From an uncultured Actinomycetes bacterium (lineage in GTDB: Bacteria > Actinomycetota > Actinomycetes > S36-B12 > GCA-2699445): DNA of 54,821 nt. The stretch spans positions 1 through 54,821 of the forward strand of contig CAZCRC010000001.1 of the NCBI GenBank assembly GCA_964500995.1, in the 5' to 3' direction. Position numbers and translations under genes: made by a program. This document shows positions 8,006-16,978 of this stretch, piece after piece (positions within the stretch are counted from its first letter, which is position 1; every line of letters starts with the position of its first letter). The notes beneath the pieces are model-generated. The model saw nothing but the letters and a program-made list of their open reading frames with translations, had not been told where the DNA came from and did not search any database.

Positions 8006-10654
8006 ATGTTGGCAAGGCGCGTGACGGTGGTCGTGGCAGGTGCTGCGATGGCAGCGGGGACGATGACGATGTGGTCGACTCAGTCCGCAGCGGGAGCCCC
8101 CCAACCGGCAGCCGCAGTGGCTGCTGTCGCGCTGTCGATCGAACTCGCGTCCCCGACCACTGCGGTCGGCGACATCAACCCCGTGACAGTCACCCTCAGT
8201 CCCCCAACCAGGCGCCCGGTGAACATCCAGATCCGTTGGCCCAATCAGGGATGGACGACCGTCGACACTGTGGAGTCGGACTCAGCAGGCACCGCGACCG
8301 GCTCGTGGAAGGCCTTCGTGGGCGACTTCGAGTACCAGGTTCGAGCCGTTGCACCAGCCCACCGTGGCTCGCCTCAGGTGATCAGCGACACCGGAACCGT
8401 CGCTGTCACTTACGGCCCCGACGTCCCGCCCGACGACTACGATCCGATGACTCCCGGTCGACTGGTCATCCGGCCGAATGCCGACAAGGTGCTCGATCTC
8501 GGGGACTACCGGATCCGCGTGGATGCCGGTGTCCCGGCACGAGGCATTGTTTCCGCCGCCAGTTCCGGGGGGATGTCGGTGCGGGCCGTCGATGGGTCCG
8601 GTCGGGTCGCGTGGGCCAACGATCCGGGACGAGCGTTCGTTTCGGCCAGTAGCGCCACCGTCAACTGGTTTTTCCGGTCCAAGGCGGGAGCGTTCTGGCC
8701 GGACGTCGAACGGTCGACGCGGCTCACCCAGCAGACCATCACCGCAGCCCGGGTACGCGACGGTGCCGCCGTGCTGTCGGGACTCGTGCGTGGCGGGGGC
8801 GCGTCAGCGCCCTTCACCGTGACGATGACGGAAGTGCCGCGCAACCGGAGCGTCACCGCCCTGGAGATCGACGTGACAATGGGTCGCACGACGAGTGCCG
8901 ATCGCGTTTCGAGCGTGATGCTGACGTCGGGTCGCAAGCGTCACAGTCCGGTTCATGGGCTCGGCGAACAGTTCCGCCCCTTCGACCTGGACGGCCAGGT
9001 CATGCCGATCCTGGTGCAGGAACAAGGCGTCACCCGCGGCGAGGAACCTGCGGCCGCCATCGTCGACATCGCAACGTGGGGCGCGGGAAACCTCAATACG
9101 ACGTACGCCCCTTGGCCCACGTACGTGACCGGACAGAAGCGATCGTTCGAACTGGTTGATGATCTGCGTAGCGGCGCGTTCTCGGTCGCGGACATGCGGC
9201 GGCCCACGCAGATCTCGCTGGAGTCGTTCCAGGCGGGCATGACGGCACGGGTCCTCGCGGCCGGCTCACCCCAGAAGCTGATGGCGGCCAGAGGCGCCGG
9301 CCAACGCCGACCCGAATTGGCGAATTGGATCCAGAAGGGTGCGGTTCTGGGCCTGCAGGGTGGAACTGAGTTCGTCACTGATGTCGTTGCGGACATGCGC
9401 AAGGCGGGCACCAAGATCTCCGGTGTTTGGCTGCAGGACTGGGTCGGCAAGCGAGTTACCGGCTTCGGCGAGCAGTTGTGGTGGACGTGGCAGCTGAACC
9501 GGGAGCGTTACCCGCAGTGGAACAAGATGGTGCGCGACTTCCGCAAGCAGGGCATCCGCACCATGACCTACATCAACCCCTTCGTGATCGACGTCGACGA
9601 GGTCGACGGCCAGCCCGTGAAGAACTACTGGCGGATCGGGGAGCGCAAGGGCTTCCTGGTCAAGAACCGGCTCGGCGAGACCTATGTGGTCGAGACGGTC
9701 GGGTTCCCCACGGCAATGGTTGACCTGACGAACCCGAAGGCCCGTGACTGGTTCGCGGACATCGTGGCCGACAACGTCTTGGGCGTCGGCGCCTCGGGCT
9801 TCATGGCGGACTTCGGTGAGTACCTACCGTTCGACAGCGTGGTTCACAAGGGCACCGCCATGCAGCAGCACAACCGGTACCCGCAACTGTGGGCCGAGAC
9901 CGTGCGCGAGGGGTGCAAGCGAGGTGGAGTGCCGGATTGTGTGGCCTTCTTCCGGGCGGGCTACACCGGGTCCCCCAAGAGCGCCCCATTGATGTGGGCG
10001 GGCGACCAGATGGTCAACTACGCGGTCGAGGATGGACTCGCCAATGCCATCAAGGGCATGCTGGCCGGTGGGGTCAGCGGTGCGCCGCTGTGGCACAGCG
10101 ATATCGGCGGGTACACGAGCGTCAACACCGGGGTGGAGAACTTCATCCGGCCCCCCGATCTGAATGCCCGGTGGGCCGAGATGCAGGCGTTCGGTCCGGT
10201 GATGCGGTCCCACGAGACCAATCGCCCCCGCTTGAATCAGCAGATCTACGACACCGCGACCACGCGCAAGCAGTTCGCTCGAGCATCCCAGATCTACGCC
10301 GCCCTGCACGAGTACCGTCAAGGCGTCATCGACGAGGGCATCGACCGTGGCATCCCCGCCATGCGCCATACCTGGTTGGTGTACCCGGGGACCAAGGCCG
10401 CGCAGCGCGACACGCAGTTCTTCTTGGGCGATCACCTGTTCACGGCCCCCGTCGTCTCCGAGAATGCGATGGCAGTGACGGTGACCTTCCCACCCGGACG
10501 GTGGCGGCACATCCTGACTGGGAGGACCTACGCGGGCAATCGCGCGACTCAAGTCGACGCACCGATCGGAACACCGGCGGCGTTCGTCAAAGTCGGTGAC
10601 TCAGTGGGCCGCGACATCATCTCGTCGATGAAGAAGGCGGGGCTCTACCGCTGA
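8006..10654 (+). CDS. Secreted GH31 family alpha-glycosidase, YihQ-related subfamily
   Basis: GGGAG at 7995-7999 lies 6 nt before ATG 8006. Signal peptide MLARRVTVVVAGAAMAAGTMTMWSTQSAAG. Motifs WLQDWVGKRVTGFGEQLWWTW, FMADFGEYLPFD (nucleophile Asp), WAGDQMVNY and WHSDIGGYT (acid/base Asp). Confidence 0.8.
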   Translation: MLARRVTVVVAGAAMAAGTMTMWSTQSAAGAPQPAAAVAAVALSIELASPTTAVGDINPVTVTLSPPTRRPVNIQIRWPNQGWTTVDTVESDSAGTATGSWKAFVGDFEYQVRAVAPAHRGSPQVISDTGTVAVTYGPDVPPDDYDPMTPGRLVIRPNADKVLDLGDYRIRVDAGVPARGIVSAASSGGMSVRAVDGSGRVAWANDPGRAFVSASSATVNWFFRSKAGAFWPDVERSTRLTQQTITAARVRDGAAVLSGLVRGGGASAPFTVTMTEVPRNRSVTALEIDVTMGRTTSADRVSSVMLTSGRKRHSPVHGLGEQFRPFDLDGQVMPILVQEQGVTRGEEPAAAIVDIATWGAGNLNTTYAPWPTYVTGQKRSFELVDDLRSGAFSVADMRRPTQISLESFQAGMTARVLAAGSPQKLMAARGAGQRRPELANWIQKGAVLGLQGGTEFVTDVVADMRKAGTKISGVWLQDWVGKRVTGFGEQLWWTWQLNRERYPQWNKMVRDFRKQGIRTMTYINPFVIDVDEVDGQPVKNYWRIGERKGFLVKNRLGETYVVETVGFPTAMVDLTNPKARDWFADIVADNVLGVGASGFMADFGEYLPFDSVVHKGTAMQQHNRYPQLWAETVREGCKRGGVPDCVAFFRAGYTGSPKSAPLMWAGDQMVNYAVEDGLANAIKGMLAGGVSGAPLWHSDIGGYTSVNTGVENFIRPPDLNARWAEMQAFGPVMRSHETNRPRLNQQIYDTATTRKQFARASQIYAALHEYRQGVIDEGIDRGIPAMRHTWLVYPGTKAAQRDTQFFLGDHLFTAPVVSENAMAVTVTFPPGRWRHILTGRTYAGNRATQVDAPIGTPAAFVKVGDSVGRDIISSMKKAGLYR

Positions 10655-10714
10655 TTCGCGTCGCCGAACGCGTCGGATCGATCACCGCGACCAGCGAGTC
10701 TGCGAGCATCGGAT

Positions 10715-11458
10715 ATGTCCGCCAGGCCCGAGCCACCCTCATACAAGGCGGGGGTCCTGTTGCTGTCCCTGATCTGCGGGCTGATCGATGCGACGTGCCT
10801 GCTCGCCCTGGGTGGGGTCTTCGCCGAACTGATGACGGGCAATGTCCTGTTGCTGGCGCTGGGGTTGGGCTCCCGGCTGATCACGGTGACGTGGGCCGTG
10901 TCGCTCATCGGTGCGATCATCCCCTTCGTGATCGGAGCCTTCGCCGCCGGGCTCGCCACGAACGGGCGCCACACCACCGCCGCACGGCTCATCGGCTACC
11001 CCGTGGAATGCGCTGCCGTGGTCGCGGCCACGATCCTGGCTCTGGTGACGACACCTGAGGTATCCGGGCTGATGGCCGAGGAGTCCTTCTTCATGACGCA
11101 TGACGGGTCACTGACGCCGGTCCCCCACGTCGATGCGCTGGTGATTGTGGCGTTGCTGGCGTTCGCCATGGGCATCCACAACGCGATGATGCGCAAGCAC
11201 GGTGTTCCGGACGTGGCCACGAACCTGTTGACACTCACCATGGCGGCGCTGGTATCCGATTCGGCATTGGCGGGCGGCCAGTCCTTCCACTGGCGGCGTC
11301 GACTGTTGTCCATCGTGCTGTTCATCGTGGGGGCGGCCTCGGGGGCATTCCTGCTGCGGTTCCACGTGGCCTTGCCCCTGATTGCGGCCAGCGTCATCTT
11401 CGTTCTTGCCCTATGGCCGCTGGTCAAGGGCCGCCCGGAACCCACAGCGGCCCCCTGA
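10715..11458 (+). CDS. YoaK/DUF1275 family membrane protein
   Basis: LLLSLICGLIDATCLLALGGVFAELMTGNVLLLALGLG and later hydrophobic segments match the DUF1275 pattern (MTGN motif). Confidence 0.75.
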   Translation: MSARPEPPSYKAGVLLLSLICGLIDATCLLALGGVFAELMTGNVLLLALGLGSRLITVTWAVSLIGAIIPFVIGAFAAGLATNGRHTTAARLIGYPVECAAVVAATILALVTTPEVSGLMAEESFFMTHDGSLTPVPHVDALVIVALLAFAMGIHNAMMRKHGVPDVATNLLTLTMAALVSDSALAGGQSFHWRRRLLSIVLFIVGAASGAFLLRFHVALPLIAASVIFVLALWPLVKGRPEPTAAP

Positions 11459-11494
11459 GGCATAGCCTGGGACGAGAGTGGTTGGGAGGCCGAC

Positions 11495-12331
11495 ATGCAG
11501 ACAGTGGCTGGCAAGCGGGTGCTCGTGACGGGCGCGGCGATGGGGATGGGAAAGTTGTTCGCGCAACGAGCCGTCGACGAGGACGCCGCCGCGGTGGTGC
11601 TGTGGGACGTCAACGAGGCGGAACTGTCCGAGACCGCCGCCGAGCTGGACGAGGGCCGGGCGCAGGTACGCACCGACGTCGTCGATGTGGGCGACTGGCA
11701 AGCGGTCAAGGCGGCGGCCGCCGAGGTTCTCGCTAAGTTCGGCGGCATCGACATCCTGATCAACAATGCCGGGATCGTGCGCGGCAACCACTACTTCTGG
11801 GAGACCGACACGCAGCGAGATGTCGCTTTGACATTGGACGTCAACACTCTTGGCCCCATGGCCATCGCTCGGGAGTTCTTGCCGGGCATGATCGACAGCG
11901 GCAGCGAGTGCCGCCTCGTCAACCTGGCCTCGGCGGCGGGACTCACGCCCAACCCGCGCCTCGCCGCCTATGCCGGGTCGAAGTGGGCCATGGTCGGGTG
12001 GTCGGAATCCGTACGACTGGAGCTCGAGCAGGCCGGGCACCACAACGTGCGCGTGACCACCGTGTGTCCGTACTACATCAAGACCGGCATGTTCGACGGT
12101 GCCACGTCGGCTCCACTGCTGCCGCTGCTGGAGCCCGAGGACGTGGTCGACGAGACGTGGGGGGCCATGCTCAAGGGCAAGGCCTTCGTGATCATGCCCA
12201 AGACGGTGCTGCTGAGCGAGGCGTTCAAGGGCATCGTGCCGCTGTGGATGCGCGACTTCCTCGCTGATCGCGTGTTCGGGATCTATCACACGATGGACGA
12301 CTTCCACGGTCGTCCCGATCAGCAGGCCTGA
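11495..12331 (+). CDS. Short-chain dehydrogenase/reductase (SDR)
   Basis: GGGAGG lies upstream of ATG 11495. Cofactor motif VTGAAMGMGK, NNAG, and catalytic YAGSKWAMVGW (YxxxK). Confidence 0.85.
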   Translation: MQTVAGKRVLVTGAAMGMGKLFAQRAVDEDAAAVVLWDVNEAELSETAAELDEGRAQVRTDVVDVGDWQAVKAAAAEVLAKFGGIDILINNAGIVRGNHYFWETDTQRDVALTLDVNTLGPMAIAREFLPGMIDSGSECRLVNLASAAGLTPNPRLAAYAGSKWAMVGWSESVRLELEQAGHHNVRVTTVCPYYIKTGMFDGATSAPLLPLLEPEDVVDETWGAMLKGKAFVIMPKTVLLSEAFKGIVPLWMRDFLADRVFGIYHTMDDFHGRPDQQA

Positions 12332-12337
12332 CCCGCA

Positions 12338-12649
12338 GTGGCCGACCGCGACGACACGACGTACTCGTTCACGACACCCCTGTGGATCTGGGATGCCCGC
12401 AAGTCCGACTCGTGGACCTTCGCCACCGTGCCCCCGGAACCCAGTGACGACCTGGGCGCGCGCAGCGGACCCAGGGCCGGCTTCGGGTCAGTGCCCGTTG
12501 AGGTCACGATCGGCGGGTCGACCTGGCGCACCTCGGTGTTCCCCGACAAGGACTCTGGGTGTTTCGTGCTCCCCATCAAGGCGGCCGTTCGCAAGGCGGA
12601 GTCGGTCAGCGCCGGCGACGAAGTGACCATCACGCTGCGAGCCGTCTGA
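12338..12649 (+). CDS. DUF1905 domain protein
   Basis: 103 aa. VEVTIGGSTWRTSVFPDKDSGCFVLPIKAAVRKAESVSAGDEVTITL is the typical DUF1905 pattern. The GTG start is 7 nt after the SDR stop. Confidence 0.75.
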   Translation: MADRDDTTYSFTTPLWIWDARKSDSWTFATVPPEPSDDLGARSGPRAGFGSVPVEVTIGGSTWRTSVFPDKDSGCFVLPIKAAVRKAESVSAGDEVTITLRAV

Positions 12650-12782
12650 CCGTCGTTCGCGGTTCAGTCCGCCTCGTCGTCGAGGTCGGGATCGACCTTG
12701 CCGCCTTGTCGGCGACGAAGTCGTCGTCCAGGTGTGCGTTGATGTGCATGTGATGTCTCCCGTGGGTTGTTGCTGCTGATCT

Positions 12783-12825
12783 CGGTCGTGGCTGTCCTCT
12801 CCCCCGCGAAGGGCAGCCACGACCG
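12783..12825. terminator. Strong stem-loop in the convergent spacer between DUF1905 and the NYN gene (possible bidirectional terminator)
   Basis: cggtcgtggctg (12783-12794) pairs perfectly with cagccacgaccg (12814-12825). Three further pairs, including one G-T, extend the stem to 15 bp around a 13-nt loop. There is no U-tract on either strand. Confidence 0.35.
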
Positions 12826-12912
12826 TGGTAAGGGTGACGGCGGATCGTCTCCCCGGTATCTCCACTGTCCACCCGGTGCCCGACACAACTAGCTCGGACC
12901 CTGCTGCCGCGG

Positions 12913-13467
12913 TCAGGTGGCCAGGCCGAAATCCTGCCGACCGGCAGGCCGCCAGACGCGCAAGTACGGGCGCAACTCCCGCGAGACACCGCGATGGTTG
13001 CGCGGCACCACGACCTCGAGGTCAGTGAGCTCGGCGAGTTGGGCGAATTCGTGGTCCCCCGAGGCGACCGCGACGAGCGCTCCCGGCCGTTGGCGCAGGG
13101 CGGCACGCGCGAAGTCGATCAACTGTCGATCAGCTGCGTCCCTGCCGACGTCGGCTACGCGCCACGTCCACTGGTGGAACTCAAAGCACAGGTTCGGGCC
13201 GAGAGCCTTGCGGGCTGGATCCGAGATCAGCGCGAGGCTCAACTCGACAGTGCTCATCTGTGCGTAGATCTCGGCCAGTGCCGAGTGGGCTCGATCTGGC
13301 TGGATGAGACCGTCGTGACCGATCACGATGTTGTCGACGTCGATCAGCCCGATCCGGGCCCGGCTGACCCGCGGCAGATCGGCAGGGCAGACCTGGGGCA
13401 CCGTCACCGCCTCACTGTCGCGCGCGACGGTCTTGGTGAAGGTCATCGACCGGTACTTGCGCCTCAT
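12913..13467 (-). CDS. NYN (PIN-like, LabA/DUF88-type) domain protein, putative ribonuclease
   Basis: The three acidic NYN motifs occur in order: IGLIDVDNIV, GRDAADRQLIDFA and VAVASGDHEFAQL. Same strand as the WYL pair and 79 bp downstream of it. Confidence 0.6.
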   Translation of the reverse strand: MRRKYRSMTFTKTVARDSEAVTVPQVCPADLPRVSRARIGLIDVDNIVIGHDGLIQPDRAHSALAEIYAQMSTVELSLALISDPARKALGPNLCFEFHQWTWRVADVGRDAADRQLIDFARAALRQRPGALVAVASGDHEFAQLAELTDLEVVVPRNHRGVSRELRPYLRVWRPAGRQDFGLAT

Positions 13468-13546
13468 TGGACTCCCCGTTCACTCGGTGTGTTGCCACCA
13501 GGGTGGACCAGAGCCGCGACACAACACCGGTCCGGTTGAGGGAGCG

Positions 13547-14590
13547 TCAGTCCAGCCCGTGATGGGCCAGCAGTTCGGTCGCCAGGTCCGCGGCGACATC
13601 GGACATGCTCTCAGGTTCCAGCAGGATCGCCTCTGGCCCGGCTCGCAGTAGGAACAGTGCCAGTCGATGGCGGAACGGCTGCTGAATCGTCAGCTGCAAC
13701 TCCCGGTCGCCGTGACCGTCGTCGTCCTCGGTCACGACCTGCAACGTGGCGACCAGGCCCTCGTAGGAGCGCATGGCGGCCTTGGGGACGATCACGCGCA
13801 CCGACATGGTCTCGCGATTGACGTCGATCAGTTCCGCGACGTCATCCGGCATCTCGAAGGTCTCATCGAGCAACTCGACGTCCCTCATGTTGCGCAGGAG
13901 GAACGTCCGGATGCGGCCGTCGTCGCGCACGGGCCCCGCGTCGAGTTCGTACCCCAGGTACGTGCGCTTGAGGGCATAGGGCTCCACGATTCGGGGCATC
14001 ACGCCCGGCTCCCACTCGCGGGAGTACACGAACGAGACCTTGCGCTGTTCCCGGATGCCCTCGCGCAACGTCGGCAGGACCTCGGACTGGGTGGCGAACT
14101 GAACGGCCATGGACTGCTCGGGAAGCCACTGCAGCCGCAACGCTGCGATGCCTTGGCGCAGTGCTTCGTTGTCGGGCTCCGTGGCGAAGAGCGAATCAGC
14201 CGCTGCGAGGAGCTGGACCACCTCGTCCACCGACAGCATCACCGCGAAGGGGCCAGGCGTAGCGGTGACGTCTAACGCGACCCATTCGGCGATCTCTGGG
14301 GGCACCGAGTGATCGTCCAGCCACTGGGTCAGTTCGTCACCGGTAAGGGCCGATGGCGTGGGTAGCTGTGATTCCAGGAACAGCAGGCCGCTGTCGTTGT
14401 CATCCAACGCCGCATCGAGTGCCAGCGACGCCCCGCTGGAGTAAGCAGCCAGCATCTCCCTGACCTGCAGCTGGCTGACATCCAGCAGGTCGGCCAGTTC
14501 ACTCACCGATAGTCCGTTGCGGTGAACTGAGAGGATCCGCAAGGCAGTGGCGGCGTCGCCCAGCCACTGCAGGTACTTGGGTGCCGTCAT
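13547..14590 (-). CDS. HTH-WYL domain transcriptional regulator (PafC/PafB-like paralogue)
   Basis: N-terminal wHTH (LRILSVHRNGLSVSELADLLDVSQLQVREML) and a central WYL-type region (KVSFVYSREWEPGVMPRIVEPYALKRTYLGYELDAG). The start overlaps the upstream WYL gene stop by 4 bp. Confidence 0.75.
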   Translation of the reverse strand: MTAPKYLQWLGDAATALRILSVHRNGLSVSELADLLDVSQLQVREMLAAYSSGASLALDAALDDNDSGLLFLESQLPTPSALTGDELTQWLDDHSVPPEIAEWVALDVTATPGPFAVMLSVDEVVQLLAAADSLFATEPDNEALRQGIAALRLQWLPEQSMAVQFATQSEVLPTLREGIREQRKVSFVYSREWEPGVMPRIVEPYALKRTYLGYELDAGPVRDDGRIRTFLLRNMRDVELLDETFEMPDDVAELIDVNRETMSVRVIVPKAAMRSYEGLVATLQVVTEDDDGHGDRELQLTIQQPFRHRLALFLLRAGPEAILLEPESMSDVAADLATELLAHHGLD

Positions 14591-15507
14591 CGAGCACCTG
14601 CCACAAAACCGGTGAGGTAGGTGCGGAACTCGTCGCGCAGTTCGTCGGGCCCGGTCAAGCGCACGCGCTTACCCAGATGGCACAGCCGGAACAGCCACAG
14701 TTCGCGGTTGACGACCCTGATCCGCAAGGTGACTTCCTCGCCTTCTTGCGTGCGATCCAGGGGCCGACCGAGTTCGCGGATGACCTGGCTCTCATGCGCG
14801 AAGGGGACCACGACCGTGGCCGTGATCGGATCGCCGACCTGGTACTGCAGCGGATCCAACGAGGTCAGGTCGGGCTGGACCGCGCTCGCGGTTCCGGGCG
14901 CTTCCAGCGAGACAGCGCCGAACCGGTCCAATCGGAAGTGCTTCTGTTCGCCCTGATCGCGGGCCACCACGCGCCACTTGCCAGTCGAGGTCTGGAACAC
15001 GCGGTCGATGTGCAGCGTCCGGGGCTTGTGCGAGTACTCCGTATGGACCAGACACCGGTAGGTCAGCGCGTGCAGGAACGACTCGAGCTTGTAGTTGTCG
15101 CTGCGTTGGAGAAGTACCTCGATCGCGGGAGTTCCCGTGAGCGGCTGCGTGGGCAGCCCGAAGGCCTCGGCCGAGAGACCGCCTGCCCTGGCCGCGCGAG
15201 AGAGTTGCGCCTGTTGTTCCGGAGTCAGCAGCGTCGCCAGTCGCGGATCCCGATCGTTCAGTCGAACACGCGATTCGGCGCCGTCCAGGTCGTTGATCTC
15301 GATGTCCCATCCGAGACCCCTTAGGTCCCGGATGTCACGAGTCAGTTGCCGGCGCCGGTCCGGCAGAGCCTTGCCCCCGAAGCCGGCTTCGTCGGCCAGC
15401 AGATCCCGACTCACCCAGTCGGGCATCGCGTCGGCGAGCAGGTTCAGGATCCGAAAGCAGCGCTCGACGGCGGCCCGCTTGGATCGTCCCGGAGCCCGAT
15501 CCGACAT
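14587..15507 (-). CDS. HTH-WYL domain transcriptional regulator (PafB/PafC-like paralogue)
   Basis: N-terminal wHTH (ERCFRILNLLADAMPDWVSRDLLADEAG) and a WYL region (HKPRTLHIDRVFQTSTGKWRVVARDQGEQKHFRLDRF). Confidence 0.75.
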   Translation of the reverse strand: MSDRAPGRSKRAAVERCFRILNLLADAMPDWVSRDLLADEAGFGGKALPDRRRQLTRDIRDLRGLGWDIEINDLDGAESRVRLNDRDPRLATLLTPEQQAQLSRAARAGGLSAEAFGLPTQPLTGTPAIEVLLQRSDNYKLESFLHALTYRCLVHTEYSHKPRTLHIDRVFQTSTGKWRVVARDQGEQKHFRLDRFGAVSLEAPGTASAVQPDLTSLDPLQYQVGDPITATVVVPFAHESQVIRELGRPLDRTQEGEEVTLRIRVVNRELWLFRLCHLGKRVRLTGPDELRDEFRTYLTGFVAGAR

Positions 15508-15683
15508 GACACCTCCCGCCGTTGTGCTGCAGGTTGCTGGCTGCCGCGTTCATGTGACGGTAGTGAACCGGGCCCGCGTACTCCACCGGAGCGTCCGCGG
15601 GGTTGCTGCGGGGCTCGCTGCTGCCTGGACAGCTCCAGGTTGATGGCCGCCGCGTCGTCACCGCTCTCGGCGTACTGGCCCTG

Positions 15684-15941
15684 CTACCGCCCATCAGTCA
15701 ACTGACCCGCGAAGGTGCCGTCCTCGTCCACGATGAGAATGTCACAGTTCGGGCCGATCACTCCGTTCAACACTTCCTTCTGTGGCTGCTCGCCTTCGCG
15801 CGCGTACTCCTTGAAGCCAGCGAAGCCCTGGCCCTCGACTTCGTCGATCACGACTGTCTGATTCTCCCAAGTGACCGGAGTGCCATTCTGACTGCAGGCA
15901 CTGCTCCCGCCGTCGCCATGTGGGGTCCCGCTCAGCAGCAT
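15684..15941 (-). CDS. Small hypothetical protein (85 aa)
   Basis: ATG 15941 is the only canonical start after an in-frame TGA at 16004-16002. Third-position G/C is moderate to high. No family recognised. Same strand as the WYL genes and upstream of them. Confidence 0.4.
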   Translation of the reverse strand: MLLSGTPHGDGGSSACSQNGTPVTWENQTVVIDEVEGQGFAGFKEYAREGEQPQKEVLNGVIGPNCDILIVDEDGTFAGQLTDGR

Positions 15942-16063
15942 GACCGAGGCTGCCGGCCGGGCACCTGCGCCACCTGAGACCCCGGCTCCGAGATTGGCCC
16001 TTCATCGCGCAACCAAGCGTAGGCTCTCGGTGACTTGGAGTCCGCTGAGAGGAACCAGAACCC

Positions 16064-16957
16064 ATGAGGAACTCGATCTGGATCGCTCGTGCCAGCCGTC
16101 GACCTTGTCGCCATCAACGGGCATTGGCAGTGGTCTTGACCAGCGCGGTTGTCGCTGTGCCGACCACCCACGCGCTTGCGGCCGATCTGCCCGCCACCAC
16201 CGGCTTCGACAACCCATACTCCGGGGTCCCCCGCTACGAGAAGCTGGCGCCGAGGCAGGTCGTATCAGCCAAGCAGCTCAACCGCCCGCTGGGAATGCAG
16301 ACAACCCACCGAATTGCGCGCAGCATCGGGCTCAAGAAGCGGCAGGCCTTCACGCACCAACAGTTCCGGCTCTTCGTGTCGGGCAAGGGCATCGGAGGCG
16401 ATCCCACCGCGGCCAAGCTCGTCGACGAGAGCGTGCGAATCCTGACCAACACGAACGGTCGGCCCCTGTACGCCAACGTGGATGGTCAGCGCACAGCGAC
16501 GGTTCTGGCCAGTTACGGGCTGATGGTGAACACCGACGGCTTACTGCAGAGCCCCGCCAACTCCACCGCGCCCACGCGACAGGTGAACACCGTCATCGAA
16601 CCGGGCGGGTACTTGGGCAAATGGTGTCGAAACAACGGCGCTCGCAAGTCGCTGCGGATGCTGTACCGATCTGCGTACACCGCCGAGGCTGTCTACGGGA
16701 ACAAGTCCCAGCAACAGGCAGGTACCGCCCAACTGGTCCCCAACACCAAGGGCGGATCAACCACGTCTGTCGGAATGTCCATGGCGCCGTCCATCTGGAT
16801 CGTCAACTTCGCCCTGATCTACACGCTCAATCCGGCAAAGGCCGCGAAGATGCCGGCGCGGTGGACGCCCATCCCCAGCGAAATCGCCAATGCCATCGAG
16901 GCGAGCCCGACCGGACAGGTCCCCTACAGCGAATACGCGTCGTTGCTTCCCCAGTAG
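16064..16957 (+). CDS. Secreted hypothetical protein
   Basis: Signal peptide MRNSIWIARASRRPCRHQRALAVVLTSAVVAVPTTHALAAD. 297 aa with normal composition. No family recognised. Confidence 0.6.
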   Translation: MRNSIWIARASRRPCRHQRALAVVLTSAVVAVPTTHALAADLPATTGFDNPYSGVPRYEKLAPRQVVSAKQLNRPLGMQTTHRIARSIGLKKRQAFTHQQFRLFVSGKGIGGDPTAAKLVDESVRILTNTNGRPLYANVDGQRTATVLASYGLMVNTDGLLQSPANSTAPTRQVNTVIEPGGYLGKWCRNNGARKSLRMLYRSAYTAEAVYGNKSQQQAGTAQLVPNTKGGSTTSVGMSMAPSIWIVNFALIYTLNPAKAAKMPARWTPIPSEIANAIEASPTGQVPYSEYASLLPQ

Positions 16958-16978
16958 GGCCCTGCCCCCCACTTTGCT

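Noticed and set aside
13547-15507. Calling the two WYL genes pafB and pafC.
   Set aside because: The overlapping two-gene arrangement and domain order fit. But pafA is absent upstream and I cannot establish orthology from sequence reading alone, so they are labelled PafBC-like.
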